From Nitrospirota bacterium (GTDB lineage Bacteria; Nitrospirota; Thermodesulfovibrionia; Thermodesulfovibrionales; UBA9159), in NCBI GenBank assembly GCA_963699545.1, contig CAVOUE010000005.1:160001-224000 (forward strand): a stretch of 64,000 nucleotides of DNA, given 5' to 3'. Below are positions 41,539 to 50,995 of this stretch, piece after piece (position 1 is the stretch's first letter; each line of letters starts with the position of its first letter). Both the position numbers and the translations under genes were made by a program. A model generated the notes under the pieces. It made no database searches. It was not told the origin of the DNA and saw only the letters and a list, made by a program, of their open reading frames with translations.

Positions 41539-42634
41539 GATTGTCTCCTTCCGAATTGTAATCCTTTATGCGCTGATACCGAAGCTCTCCCATTCTGCAG
41601 ATATACTGAGACGGGACATCCTCTGCCCCGTTTTCCAGTCTGAAAAAAGCAGGACAATAACCGCACAGATTGATCTTCTCGCAGCCTCTACAAGAGAAGT
41701 CAGGCGACGCTTTCTTGCTTCGCAGCCGAGATACGATATCACTCCATGCCGCCGCGAATCCGCTTCCCGAGAGCATGTGTTGAACATCACCTGTCATGAG
41801 ACAGGGCTGGAGACAACCGTTGGGTCCGACGTGAAAGCTGGTCAGCCCGGCGCCGCACCCATACAGTTCATCGAACAGCAAATGCTCTTTTGATTCCTCA
41901 TAAAAGGATCCCCAACGCTGAATTGTCTCCTCGTCAGAAAATTCCATTTCTATGGCTCTTTCGGGAGCAACCCTCAGCTCGATCGGGGCTCTCTCCCCAC
42001 CCATGCCGGCTGATATCGCAGCGTCAAACCGGAACCTGGCCCCGAATTCCTTGGCAATCCTCTCCATAGCAAATAATTCATGGCTGTTTACCGTCATGAG
42101 AACCGTTTTAAGGCTAATCTTCACGCTGTTCGCCACAAGAGCCTTTATGCCGCGCAGACACTTTTCGTAAGACCCCTGCACTCCTGTCACTCTCTCATAC
42201 GTGGATGCCGTAGCCCCATACAGACTGATCTCCACGAGAAGGGGCGGCAGAGCTCTGAAGAGATCAATGATGTCATTCCTGAGCAGCGTACCATTAGAAA
42301 AGACCGTGACCAAAAGACCCTTTTCCTTTGCATACCGATAAATTTTGGGGAAGTCGTCACGAAGAAGCGGCTCCCCTCCCGTAACCAACAGGTTCAGACA
42401 CCCAGCCTCGGTTATTTCATCAATGAGAGAGAGAATCCTGTCGCTGCTCATTTCACCACGCCTCAGTTCCCGTCCCTTTGCATCGGAGCCCAGATAGCAA
42501 TGGATGCATCTGAGATTGCAGGCATGGGTCACCTCAATGCTCCCCGAAAGCGGAATATGAAGCCGCCGGGCTTTCATAAGGAACCGTGCCAGGTAGTTTT
42601 CGGCGCTCAACTCTGTCTGCTCCCGGCAGTGCAT
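41498..42634 (-). CDS. Radical SAM/SPASM peptide maturase
   Basis: CNLRCIHC, TGGEPLLR, SLYG; SPASM Cys pattern CGAG..PC..CRGC....LCGYCP..C. Confidence 0.92.
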   Translation of the reverse strand: MHCREQTELSAENYLARFLMKARRLHIPLSGSIEVTHACNLRCIHCYLGSDAKGRELRRGEMSSDRILSLIDEITEAGCLNLLVTGGEPLLRDDFPKIYRYAKEKGLLVTVFSNGTLLRNDIIDLFRALPPLLVEISLYGATASTYERVTGVQGSYEKCLRGIKALVANSVKISLKTVLMTVNSHELFAMERIAKEFGARFRFDAAISAGMGGERAPIELRVAPERAIEMEFSDEETIQRWGSFYEESKEHLLFDELYGCGAGLTSFHVGPNGCLQPCLMTGDVQHMLSGSGFAAAWSDIVSRLRSKKASPDFSCRGCEKINLCGYCPAFFRLENGAEDVPSQYICRMGELRYQRIKDYNSEGDNHDKKAGRKAQAPV

Positions 42635-42636
42635 CT

Positions 42637-42957
42637 TCAGCCCGTCCTTTCACGAACCAGCCCTGCCTCCAGGAGGCCCTCAATAAACTCGCAAATATCT
42701 GCCCCGGCAACCTGCTGATTCACATCAAACTGCTCTACAACATCGTTGCGGATGTCGTTTAAGCTTTCTGTTCCATCCAGCCTGTCCCAGATATATTCAG
42801 CAACCGCGGTGAGGGCGAATATCTTCTCCATGTCAGCAAGCTTCCCCTTAACCGGCACAAGGAAAAGCTCGCCGGCGATCTTGCGGGAGACTACATCCTT
42901 GTCCCGCATAAAGACCCTGCCCAACGCGTCGCTGTTTAAGGGCTGTACCAATCCCAT
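42637..42957 (-). CDS. PqqD family/RRE peptide chaperone
   Basis: VSRKIAGELFLVP, FALTAVAEYIWDRLDG, ADICEFIEGLLEAGLV. Confidence 0.88.
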   Translation of the reverse strand: MGLVQPLNSDALGRVFMRDKDVVSRKIAGELFLVPVKGKLADMEKIFALTAVAEYIWDRLDGTESLNDIRNDVVEQFDVNQQVAGADICEFIEGLLEAGLVRERTG

Positions 42958-42962
42958 CCGCT

Positions 42963-45900
42963 CTATTTCAGCCTGAGCGCGGGATCGCCAATGATGTTAT
43001 ACATATCAATCATGGATGGCACCGTTCCCTTTGTCCTGTATTCTGTGAAGGCCTTCACTACCGCCTCTCCCAGTGTCTTTTTCCCTCCGGAGAAGACCGC
43101 CTTGTAGAATTCACTGTTGAGTACTTCAGCCTCTGAGTTGTCGGACAACCCGGTGGCCGACCAAACTGCTGCTGCTCCGCCGCCCGTCTTCAACAACATG
43201 GACTCGCTCAGCGAGAGGTAATCCGGCAGCGCAAACTCGCCTGCAGCACAGGTCATGGCAACCATAACCGGAAGTCCGTTCCCATTGGTCAGGGAATCCA
43301 CCTGGAGGGCATCCGGATACCAGCTACTGCTGGCAAAAATCGACCAGTTTGAGAGAACATCTATTCCGGCGTGGCCAATATAGTTAAAGAACGAGGCGCC
43401 GTTGTTCAGGTAGGTCGAAAGCATCGCCCTGGCCTCATCGAAAGAATGTTCGGCAAGGTATACCCTCTCCCGAATGTAATTCGACGGGAACAGGGCGGCC
43501 ATCACTTCACTGTTGAGCGTAAAGTTGCCTCCCCCATCAGGGTAATCCGCAAGCAGGACGGCCCGGTTCCCCGGGGTGCTTTCGAATGTCTTTATCTTGT
43601 TAATGATATTCTGCACATCGTCAGGAACGAGGATAGGAAGTCGTCCTATTGCCATATCGGGCACATGGTCGCCGTTCACATCCGCCAGGTAATTGTCAGA
43701 TGTCACAAGCCCGTATGATGTCGGCACCAATGCGGGGGGTATGAGATTCCCGCCCGCGCCCAGGTTATCCCTGTAGTCCCATGTCCCATTTCCTGCCAGC
43801 ACTATGTATCGTGGGGCCTTTTTCCAATTGTGGTATGCATAGGACAGGAACAGCCTGATCGCCTCGGGGCTTGAGAGTCCGAAATTGAATTCGTTCATGA
43901 TATCATCCACCTTCACCACCATTGCTTTCAAGCCCTGTGCTTTCCTGTAAAGGGCAAGAGGCTGTACCGCCGGGACCAGTTCTCCAGGCGCGATGATAAG
44001 ATAATCGGCCGAGAGATCCTTCGATCGCAGACCCGCTGGAACAACCGCGCGTCCATTGCCCACTTTCACGACCGCATCAGCTGCAACAGCCAGATAGAGT
44101 GCATCGGCTGAAACGGGTTTAACGCTGATCCGGTAGTTCCCTGGCGCACCATCAATGGTCGTGGCGGTGTTCAACTTCGGAGACTCGGCATCCGTAACGT
44201 CAAAGAGAAGGATGTCCGGCGTCGCAGTGGTGAACCCGCTGACGGTCACGGTATTGTTCCCGTCCCCTCTGAAGAAGAGTCTGTTCCCCGATGCGGTGTA
44301 AAGCCGTTCGTAGGTGAGGTCAAAGGAGTCTATGAGGAACATGCTCCAGGGAACGCCTGCATCCAGAACCCCTTGCACCTCGATCGTGTTTTGCCCGTCA
44401 TTGAGCAAAGACTGGCTGAAAGTGGCAGTCAGGGTATAAGGATTCAAACCTTCCCATTGTCCCTCACCTATCTGCTGACCATTGAGCCTTACTATAACGT
44501 GGTGGTCGGGGTTCGTCCCCGCATCGGAGCCGCCAAAAAGATGCACTTGGAGCGTAGCCGCAGTATTCGTATCCGCTTTCCCGTATCCGGAGAACGTGAA
44601 GCTCTTGGGGCCATCACTGTACGAAGCGCTCAGGAAGATCAGGTCCCAGTCCCAGAAGTCAACTCCGGGGTCATCGAGCTGCATATTGGGGATCAGGTCC
44701 TGTTCGATATGCAAGGTCTCCGTAAAGGCCTTGTTACCGGGTGCAGGGACAGGGTGCGGTCCTGTCTGATAATTCATGGTCGCGCCCTTGTCGGTATCGA
44801 TCCAGTAGATGTTATCGCGTGTATATACACTGTCCGTTGCCGTACCATAGAAGAACATGCCGGTGTCATGGTTGGCGGCCAAATAGGCGACAGGGTTGCC
44901 CTGATTGCTCACCGACAACCTGTCATGAGCGATAAGGGACGAAATTTTTGAAGAGGAACTGCCAAGCAGCTTCGCCAGATCACCAGCATCCACGTAATAG
45001 ATCCCGTTTGCGGTCACGGGTATCTTTACACGGGTTCCCACAACAGATGCCTGGCTTGTTCTGACCAGCTGGGCGGATTCGTTTGCAGCCTTTGCGGCCT
45101 GCACGCGGGATTCCTTGAATGCAGAATGTTCCCGTGCGCTGCGGTTGTAGTCGGAAGGATGGAACGAGTTCGCCCTGCCGGACGTCTTTACCGAGCGGTC
45201 CGTTATCCCGCCGGAAGGGGCGTCATTTCCCCCTTCCACAGACACGGTAAAGGGACCGTATGAGATCTGATCGCCGCTCCTCTCGACCTCGACAAGTCTA
45301 TATTGGTATACCTCACCAGGGAACGCCCCCTTGTCGATGATCGTGTATGTTCCGCCTCTGCGGGAGGTGATGACGCCGGGCAGTAAGCCCTCGGTCAAGC
45401 TCCGGTATTCGCCCGTGGCGGCGTCCAGCCTCAAAAGGTAAAAGCCCAGGGTATTATGCTCGGAGGCCGTCTCCCACTCCACTACTACCTGACCGTCATG
45501 CTCATGTGCGCCGAAGAAGGAGAGAACGACCCGTGTGGGGACGACAGGACTGGCGTAGCCGAAATGGACATTGGATTGATTGCCACCGCTGAGATCCACG
45601 GTTTCCTGGCCGTTGAAAGGCCCGGTTGTGCCTTCGGTCTTCTCATAGGTGGGGAAGTAGCCGCTCAAAACACCGGTGTTATCCGTGACCTTGACAGTAT
45701 AGGTGCCGCTCGCCAAGCCACTGAAGCTATAATTTCCGGTGGCGGCAGTGGAGGTCGTTGCAACGGTATTACCCCCCTGCAACAGAGAGATCGTCACTCC
45801 GCCTATGCCTGCTTCACCGCCGTCAATAGTGCCATTGTTATTATTATCACTCCAGATGTTCCCTGACACGCTGCGGGACGTCGTGGCCTGGTAGCCAAAG

Positions 45901-48900
45901 TTCTTATCCAGGGAGTTACCCCCACCGACTATGCTCGCGCCCTGCTGCTGCCCGGTCGTCACCCCATCGCTGTCAGTTCCGCTGAACGTGTAACCGCCGG
46001 GCGGAGATTCGATGCTTACGATATAATTCCCATTGCTCAGCCCGGAGAAAACGTAATTGCCGTTGGCATCAGTGGTCACGGTTGTAATCAGTGTGTCGCC
46101 ACCGTTTATCTGTCCGTTCCCGTTCACATCGTTGTACAACTTTACGCTGACTCCGCTGATTCCCAGTTCGCCCGTCTCCTGGCCGTTAATGCCGTTGATA
46201 TCGTTAAACACTGTACCGGCAATGCTCCTTCGCAGATCATAACCGAAGTTAGGAGCTGAGCTATAATCAACATTGGCGGTGACGTTTATAACCTGCTTTG
46301 TACTGGAAATAGCTGAACTCGTCGTGCCGAAGTAATTGGCCAGTTTCGCGTTCGTGTCGGTGACCTTGATGGTATAGTCCGCCCCTCCTCCAGTAACCCC
46401 GGAGAAAGTGAAATATCCATTAGCATCGGTGGTCGTGGTCGCAATGACATTGAGACTGGCATCCAGCAAATCCAGCGTCACCAGAGCGATACCCGTCTCG
46501 CCCACATTCACAGAACCATTGCCATTGGCATCGAACCAGACCCTGTCTGTGATGGAGTAAGTCGTCCCGCTGTGATAGCCGAAGTTCGCATACTGGATGA
46601 CGTCGCCTGCGCTGAGGTTATTGATAAAGAGCGGATCGTTAGGTGGCGCCGTCCTCGTATACCCTGTCAGTTTCGCCTGGCTCCCGTCAACATATACGAA
46701 GTAATCCTCACTACCGGTGGCCGGCACCCCGGTGAACAGATAGCTGCCGTCAGGCGCGGTAGTGGTGGAACCCCACAGGGTATCACCGGCTCCAGGCTCG
46801 AACGTGCCGTTGCCGTTTGCGTCCTGCCAGAGCTGGACCGTTACTCCGCCCAGTCCGGGTTCACCTGCATCGCGACTGCCGCTACTGTTCGCGTCGCTCC
46901 AGATCGAGCTTCTGATGGTGGCGCTCCCCGGAGCAGACTTATAGCCCAGATCCGCGCCCACGTATGACAAGCCGGCGCTCAGATTGAAGGCATTCGTGCG
47001 GTTGTCGCTGTGACCGGCAGGAGCGGACTGCTGTAGACCGGAAGGAAGCGTCCCCGGGGTTATTTCGATGTAGTATCCATTACCGGATTCCACGCCAGTA
47101 AACAAGTAATGACCTGTGGCGTCTGTCGTGGTTGTCATGACCGAGGCCCCGAGCCAGTTCTTCAGTGTCACGTCAACGTTGGCGAGCCCCGGCTCACCCA
47201 GATCCAAAACGCCGTTGCCGTTGGCATCGAGCCAGACGCGGTCGCCCACTTCAGCGCTCCCGGAAGACGGGTTGACGACGATGTTGGTAACGCTTGCAGT
47301 GAGCGCTAACGGGATTTCATTGCTGTTGACAAAAGCCGTGTTGGTGATCTGTTCGATCCCGCTGGCCAGGGGGTTATCCACTGTGACGTTGTACGTCAGG
47401 GTGAGGGAGTTACCTGGCCGGATACGACAACCGGTCCCGCCGGACAGGAGATCGGGCGGACTGCCGGTCGTAAAAGTACCGAGTAAACCGTAGCTGATAT
47501 CCACATTATCGACGGAGAAAGTCTTGTTGGTGGCATTGAATCCCCCGGTGACCCGAAAGCGTATCGTCGTATTGGCAGAGATATAGGGTGTGAGATTGTA
47601 AGGAGGAGCAACATTCGGAGTGCCACCCGTGAAGGTCGCCAGGGTCGTAAATGGACCCGCTGCGCTAGTGCTGGCCTCCACCACCAACGTATCGCCGGCC
47701 ACGAGGTTAGCGGAGCCGTAGCTGAAGTTGAGCAGCGGATTCACCGCACCTGTGAGATCGGCGGTGCGCTGGACCTGAGTCCCTGAGGCGTTGGCAGGGA
47801 CGTTGTAAATTATGTCCACATTGTCGAGGTAGACTAGGTCGCCTCCAGCATTCCAATTCTGACCGGCACGGAATCGAACAGTGAGTGTATTGTTGCCGGC
47901 CAAGGCAATGGTTAACGTTTGGTTGTTCCCGCTCCAGCCGCCAGTACCTCCATCGTACGTACCGATGTTTACATAACCGCCACCGTCCAGGCTGTACTCC
48001 GCAACCAGCGTCTCGCCCCCATCGAATCCCCCGTCAGTTGGAGTAAAGCTGATTGTGGCGCTCGTTGCGCCAGTTACAGTCGCAGTCCTTAAGATCGCAT
48101 CGTTTGCCTGACATTGCGTAAATTCCAACCGGTTATTTCCATTGCTGAGCCGTATAGTTCCGGTGCTGTAATCGGGAGCGCCCGCATCGTTCTCTTCCGT
48201 CCAGCTGCCGGCCCAATTATTTGAACCATAATTTCCGCCATAAGTATTGTTGGTGGTGAACTCATCCCGCACATTCGAGAGCAAATATCTGAACTGCAAC
48301 TGGCCTCCGGTGATCCATACGAATCCACCTGTCGCCCCGGTTGCGCCGCCGTAACTGTCCGTCTCGGTCCAGTTGCCCGCCCAGTTGTTAGTATTGTTCG
48401 GGCCGTTGTTGGTGTAGGCGGAAGCCGCAAACTCGTCGCGGACGTTCCGCGGCAACTCACAGGTCACTGACCCGCTGGCCGCCACATAGGTCACCCCGTC
48501 GGGAAGCGGGTCGTACACAGATACACCTGTGAAGGCCGCCGCCGAAGGGTTTGTCACGGTGACGGTATAGGTGAACTGGTTTCCAGGGTATAGAGGGCTG
48601 GGAGCGTTTGAGGTCTTTGTCACACTCAGATTACCATAGCTGTTGAACGCAAAGTCGGAAGCGACAAAGGTCTGGGTCGCTCCTGCCACGGTTCTGGTTC
48701 CGCTCGTCTGGACCACATTGCGGGTGATATCGCCCACATTGAAGTTCTGTGTTGTCTGGGCGGTGAACGTGACGGTTATCGTCTGGTTTGCAGCCATATT
48801 GCCGAGCATACTGCTGGGCCAGGTCAGGATCAAATTACCGCCGCTTATCGTGGGATTTGCGGATCCGCCGCTGACCGTTGTCATGTCCGCGATGGTGATC

Positions 48901-50618
48901 GTAGTGCTGTTGTTCACATACTGCCAGCCTGTAGGGAGGGTGTCGACCACGCTGATCCCTGCGACGTCAAAGTGATAAGAATTAATCACGAGCGTATAGG
49001 TGGATTGCGCACCCGCCGTCGTTGAGACTACAACCGGGTTGGCTGATTTCTTTACCGTAAGTACCTTGTCAATAAAATCACCGCCGGGGAACGAAACATA
49101 CCCCAGATCAATGGCCGGGGCTGCCGTAGGAGAAGTATCAGGGTTCTGGCCGTATGCGATCGCAATGGGACCGGTGGCCCAGACATGGGTGTTCGACAAA
49201 TTGCCGTCCCCTGTATCGTACACGTATTGTGTCTGGAGGCGGTTCAGCGTGTAGGTCTGGTCAGGGATCCCGTCATCGTTCGTATCGATAAACACCCGGG
49301 TATTGTCCTGGACCGGGGTAATAAAAATCCCGGAGTCATCGTAATTTGCCGCAAGGATAGGAGTCGCGTAAGCCCCCGGCGCCCAGCCGAAGAAATGCTC
49401 GTTCCCGAGCAGAAATGACGGCACAAGGGGATAACCCCATTCATGGGTTGGTCCCCCCGTGTCGATCGTCGACACTCCCCAGAAGACCTCGCTCGCTTTC
49501 ACGTAGACCCCCGAACCTGCAGGCACGTAGCCTCCTGTCATCTCACTAAATGAACGCGTCTGCCCGGCCGGGACACTGAATGAACCAGAGGCAGAACTGG
49601 TCTGGTAGTTGATCGTCAGGGCAGAAGACTGCGGGTTAAAGACATAGAGCTGTGTGGGATAATTGGAACCGGCGTCGCTCGGCACAGGGGCATAGTACTC
49701 GTTGTCCCACATGCCGCTCGGAAAGGCGCTGAAGCCGCGTGCTTCAAACGTCGCGGTCTGATCTCCCACGATATAGTTCACCTGCAGGGTATCGGAGCCC
49801 TGTATGACTGTCCCCGTAGGCAGGGATACTGCGCCCGTAGTCGGAAACGGGGCGAAACGATCAAGCAGGAAGACCTCTCCGGAATTGAGCGTTACCTGCG
49901 TTGCAGTCTGGGTGCAGGGATTATTATGGCTTATGCAAACGGTATCGCCAAAGGTCCCGTCCTTATTGAAATCGAAGGTAACAACCGTGTTATCCTTCGT
50001 GGCCTGAATCAGTGCAAACACCCTTCTGAAATCGAGATAGTTGCGGGGGGCACCATAAAGGTCGTCGCCAAAGGGGAGGATATACCTGACCATTTGCGGC
50101 TTGACAGGATAAACCTCCCATGCCAAAGAAAACACCGTCCCGTCAGTCTCCTCCCAGCTCGTTCGTGTGACGGTAACGACTCCACCGGCAACATAGATTC
50201 GATCCCGGCCGTCGTAGTAAGTTGCGGTCCCCCTCGGGTTCACCGGTATATTGGAGCTCTCAAATATCCTGCTGTCTCCGGCATTGGCCAGGACGTACTT
50301 TTCGTCGGCTGTCGCATCGGGGTTGTTCGGGTCGAAATTATATCCGTTCTCCCATTGGTCGTAGTAGATTGTTGTATTCGGCGACCATGCGACAACGCTG
50401 ATGATTGTGTGCCTGGGAGCGGTGAGCGCAACAGGACCCGCCGCGCCGATGTCGGCCCAAACCTGTCCCAAAATGTTTTCATCACCGGGGATAAAGTATT
50501 CCGAGTAACCCGCAGGAGCAGCGCCATAGCTGTACGTTGCGCATGACAAAAAAACCATAAGACTTAGGAAAAATTTATAGAGGGCTGTCATTGATCTCAG
50601 GAATGTCTTTGCGGTCAT
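42963..50618 (-). CDS. Giant secreted adhesin-like protein (IgGFc-binding-like, DUF11, nested jelly-roll, 5x SdrD-B) with C-terminal C25 gingipain-like peptidase
   Basis: Sec signal; DUF11-like LTVKKS..YTL..VVDTLP; five GDRVWxDxNxNG..GEPG repeats; C25 motifs ADYLIIAP, YIVLAG, PDMAIGRLP, FNYIGH, AMTC, IIGDPA. Confidence 0.88.
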   Translation of the reverse strand: MTAKTFLRSMTALYKFFLSLMVFLSCATYSYGAAPAGYSEYFIPGDENILGQVWADIGAAGPVALTAPRHTIISVVAWSPNTTIYYDQWENGYNFDPNNPDATADEKYVLANAGDSRIFESSNIPVNPRGTATYYDGRDRIYVAGGVVTVTRTSWEETDGTVFSLAWEVYPVKPQMVRYILPFGDDLYGAPRNYLDFRRVFALIQATKDNTVVTFDFNKDGTFGDTVCISHNNPCTQTATQVTLNSGEVFLLDRFAPFPTTGAVSLPTGTVIQGSDTLQVNYIVGDQTATFEARGFSAFPSGMWDNEYYAPVPSDAGSNYPTQLYVFNPQSSALTINYQTSSASGSFSVPAGQTRSFSEMTGGYVPAGSGVYVKASEVFWGVSTIDTGGPTHEWGYPLVPSFLLGNEHFFGWAPGAYATPILAANYDDSGIFITPVQDNTRVFIDTNDDGIPDQTYTLNRLQTQYVYDTGDGNLSNTHVWATGPIAIAYGQNPDTSPTAAPAIDLGYVSFPGGDFIDKVLTVKKSANPVVVSTTAGAQSTYTLVINSYHFDVAGISVVDTLPTGWQYVNNSTTITIADMTTVSGGSANPTISGGNLILTWPSSMLGNMAANQTITVTFTAQTTQNFNVGDITRNVVQTSGTRTVAGATQTFVASDFAFNSYGNLSVTKTSNAPSPLYPGNQFTYTVTVTNPSAAAFTGVSVYDPLPDGVTYVAASGSVTCELPRNVRDEFAASAYTNNGPNNTNNWAGNWTETDSYGGATGATGGFVWITGGQLQFRYLLSNVRDEFTTNNTYGGNYGSNNWAGSWTEENDAGAPDYSTGTIRLSNGNNRLEFTQCQANDAILRTATVTGATSATISFTPTDGGFDGGETLVAEYSLDGGGYVNIGTYDGGTGGWSGNNQTLTIALAGNNTLTVRFRAGQNWNAGGDLVYLDNVDIIYNVPANASGTQVQRTADLTGAVNPLLNFSYGSANLVAGDTLVVEASTSAAGPFTTLATFTGGTPNVAPPYNLTPYISANTTIRFRVTGGFNATNKTFSVDNVDISYGLLGTFTTGSPPDLLSGGTGCRIRPGNSLTLTYNVTVDNPLASGIEQITNTAFVNSNEIPLALTASVTNIVVNPSSGSAEVGDRVWLDANGNGVLDLGEPGLANVDVTLKNWLGASVMTTTTDATGHYLFTGVESGNGYYIEITPGTLPSGLQQSAPAGHSDNRTNAFNLSAGLSYVGADLGYKSAPGSATIRSSIWSDANSSGSRDAGEPGLGGVTVQLWQDANGNGTFEPGAGDTLWGSTTTAPDGSYLFTGVPATGSEDYFVYVDGSQAKLTGYTRTAPPNDPLFINNLSAGDVIQYANFGYHSGTTYSITDRVWFDANGNGSVNVGETGIALVTLDLLDASLNVIATTTTDANGYFTFSGVTGGGADYTIKVTDTNAKLANYFGTTSSAISSTKQVINVTANVDYSSAPNFGYDLRRSIAGTVFNDINGINGQETGELGISGVSVKLYNDVNGNGQINGGDTLITTVTTDANGNYVFSGLSNGNYIVSIESPPGGYTFSGTDSDGVTTGQQQGASIVGGGNSLDKNFGYQATTSRSVSGNIWSDNNNNGTIDGGEAGIGGVTISLLQGGNTVATTSTAATGNYSFSGLASGTYTVKVTDNTGVLSGYFPTYEKTEGTTGPFNGQETVDLSGGNQSNVHFGYASPVVPTRVVLSFFGAHEHDGQVVVEWETASEHNTLGFYLLRLDAATGEYRSLTEGLLPGVITSRRGGTYTIIDKGAFPGEVYQYRLVEVERSGDQISYGPFTVSVEGGNDAPSGGITDRSVKTSGRANSFHPSDYNRSAREHSAFKESRVQAAKAANESAQLVRTSQASVVGTRVKIPVTANGIYYVDAGDLAKLLGSSSSKISSLIAHDRLSVSNQGNPVAYLAANHDTGMFFYGTATDSVYTRDNIYWIDTDKGATMNYQTGPHPVPAPGNKAFTETLHIEQDLIPNMQLDDPGVDFWDWDLIFLSASYSDGPKSFTFSGYGKADTNTAATLQVHLFGGSDAGTNPDHHVIVRLNGQQIGEGQWEGLNPYTLTATFSQSLLNDGQNTIEVQGVLDAGVPWSMFLIDSFDLTYERLYTASGNRLFFRGDGNNTVTVSGFTTATPDILLFDVTDAESPKLNTATTIDGAPGNYRISVKPVSADALYLAVAADAVVKVGNGRAVVPAGLRSKDLSADYLIIAPGELVPAVQPLALYRKAQGLKAMVVKVDDIMNEFNFGLSSPEAIRLFLSYAYHNWKKAPRYIVLAGNGTWDYRDNLGAGGNLIPPALVPTSYGLVTSDNYLADVNGDHVPDMAIGRLPILVPDDVQNIINKIKTFESTPGNRAVLLADYPDGGGNFTLNSEVMAALFPSNYIRERVYLAEHSFDEARAMLSTYLNNGASFFNYIGHAGIDVLSNWSIFASSSWYPDALQVDSLTNGNGLPVMVAMTCAAGEFALPDYLSLSESMLLKTGGGAAAVWSATGLSDNSEAEVLNSEFYKAVFSGGKKTLGEAVVKAFTEYRTKGTVPSMIDMYNIIGDPALRLK
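45560..47250 (-). repeat. Five tandem SdrD B-like (Ca-binding Ig-like) repeats within the giant protein
   Basis: GDRVWLDANGNG, SSIWSDANSSG, TDRVWFDANGNG, AGTVFNDINGING, SGNIWSDNNNNG, each followed by GE.G..GV.V.L and TTT...G.Y.F. Confidence 0.8.
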
Positions 50619-50714
50619 AAAAGAAATCCTCCTCTTTCTGGAGTGTTACGCCTCCCCTTCATGCGGTACACCTCCCAACAAAAGCGCCGCGACGCAAAAC
50701 TTCCTGTCTTATCA

Positions 50715-50730
50715 TGCAGTTTTTGTACCA
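50715..50730 (-). promoter_or_regulatory. Sigma54 promoter of the adhesin-RiPP operon
   Basis: Minus strand TGGTACAAAAACTGCA, GG-N10-GC spacing, about 100 nt upstream of ATG 50618. Confidence 0.7.
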
Positions 50731-50790
50731 GTTGCCTTGTTTAATAGTATATTGATATGCATGGGAAAAAAAGCCTTTCCATCCTGAGAC

Positions 50791-50837
50791 TGTAGAATAA
50801 TGACAAATAGTGTCAAGTACAGTGTAAAAACCCGACA
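50791..50837. promoter_or_regulatory. Paired TGT-N9-ACA enhancer-like sites
   Basis: TGTAGAATAATGACA (50791-50805) and TGTAAAAACCCGACA (50823-50837), 32 bp apart, upstream of the sigma54 site. Confidence 0.6.
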
Positions 50838-50995
50838 ACCCCATCGATTATCTTATCCTAATATATGCTTATATGTAAACAATAAAATTGTGCCTGAAAT
50901 GCATAACCGGGGCGTTCGCCACCCCCTCACGCCGACTCAGGATGCTTCACCAAGACGTGCTGAGAGGCCGTGCTGCACTCAGGCGGCACCCCCCC

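Noticed and set aside
39890-42957. Lasso peptide or PQQ biosynthesis cluster
   Set aside because: No asparagine-synthetase-like cyclase and no PqqB/PqqC; the peptide lacks the ExxxY PqqA motif
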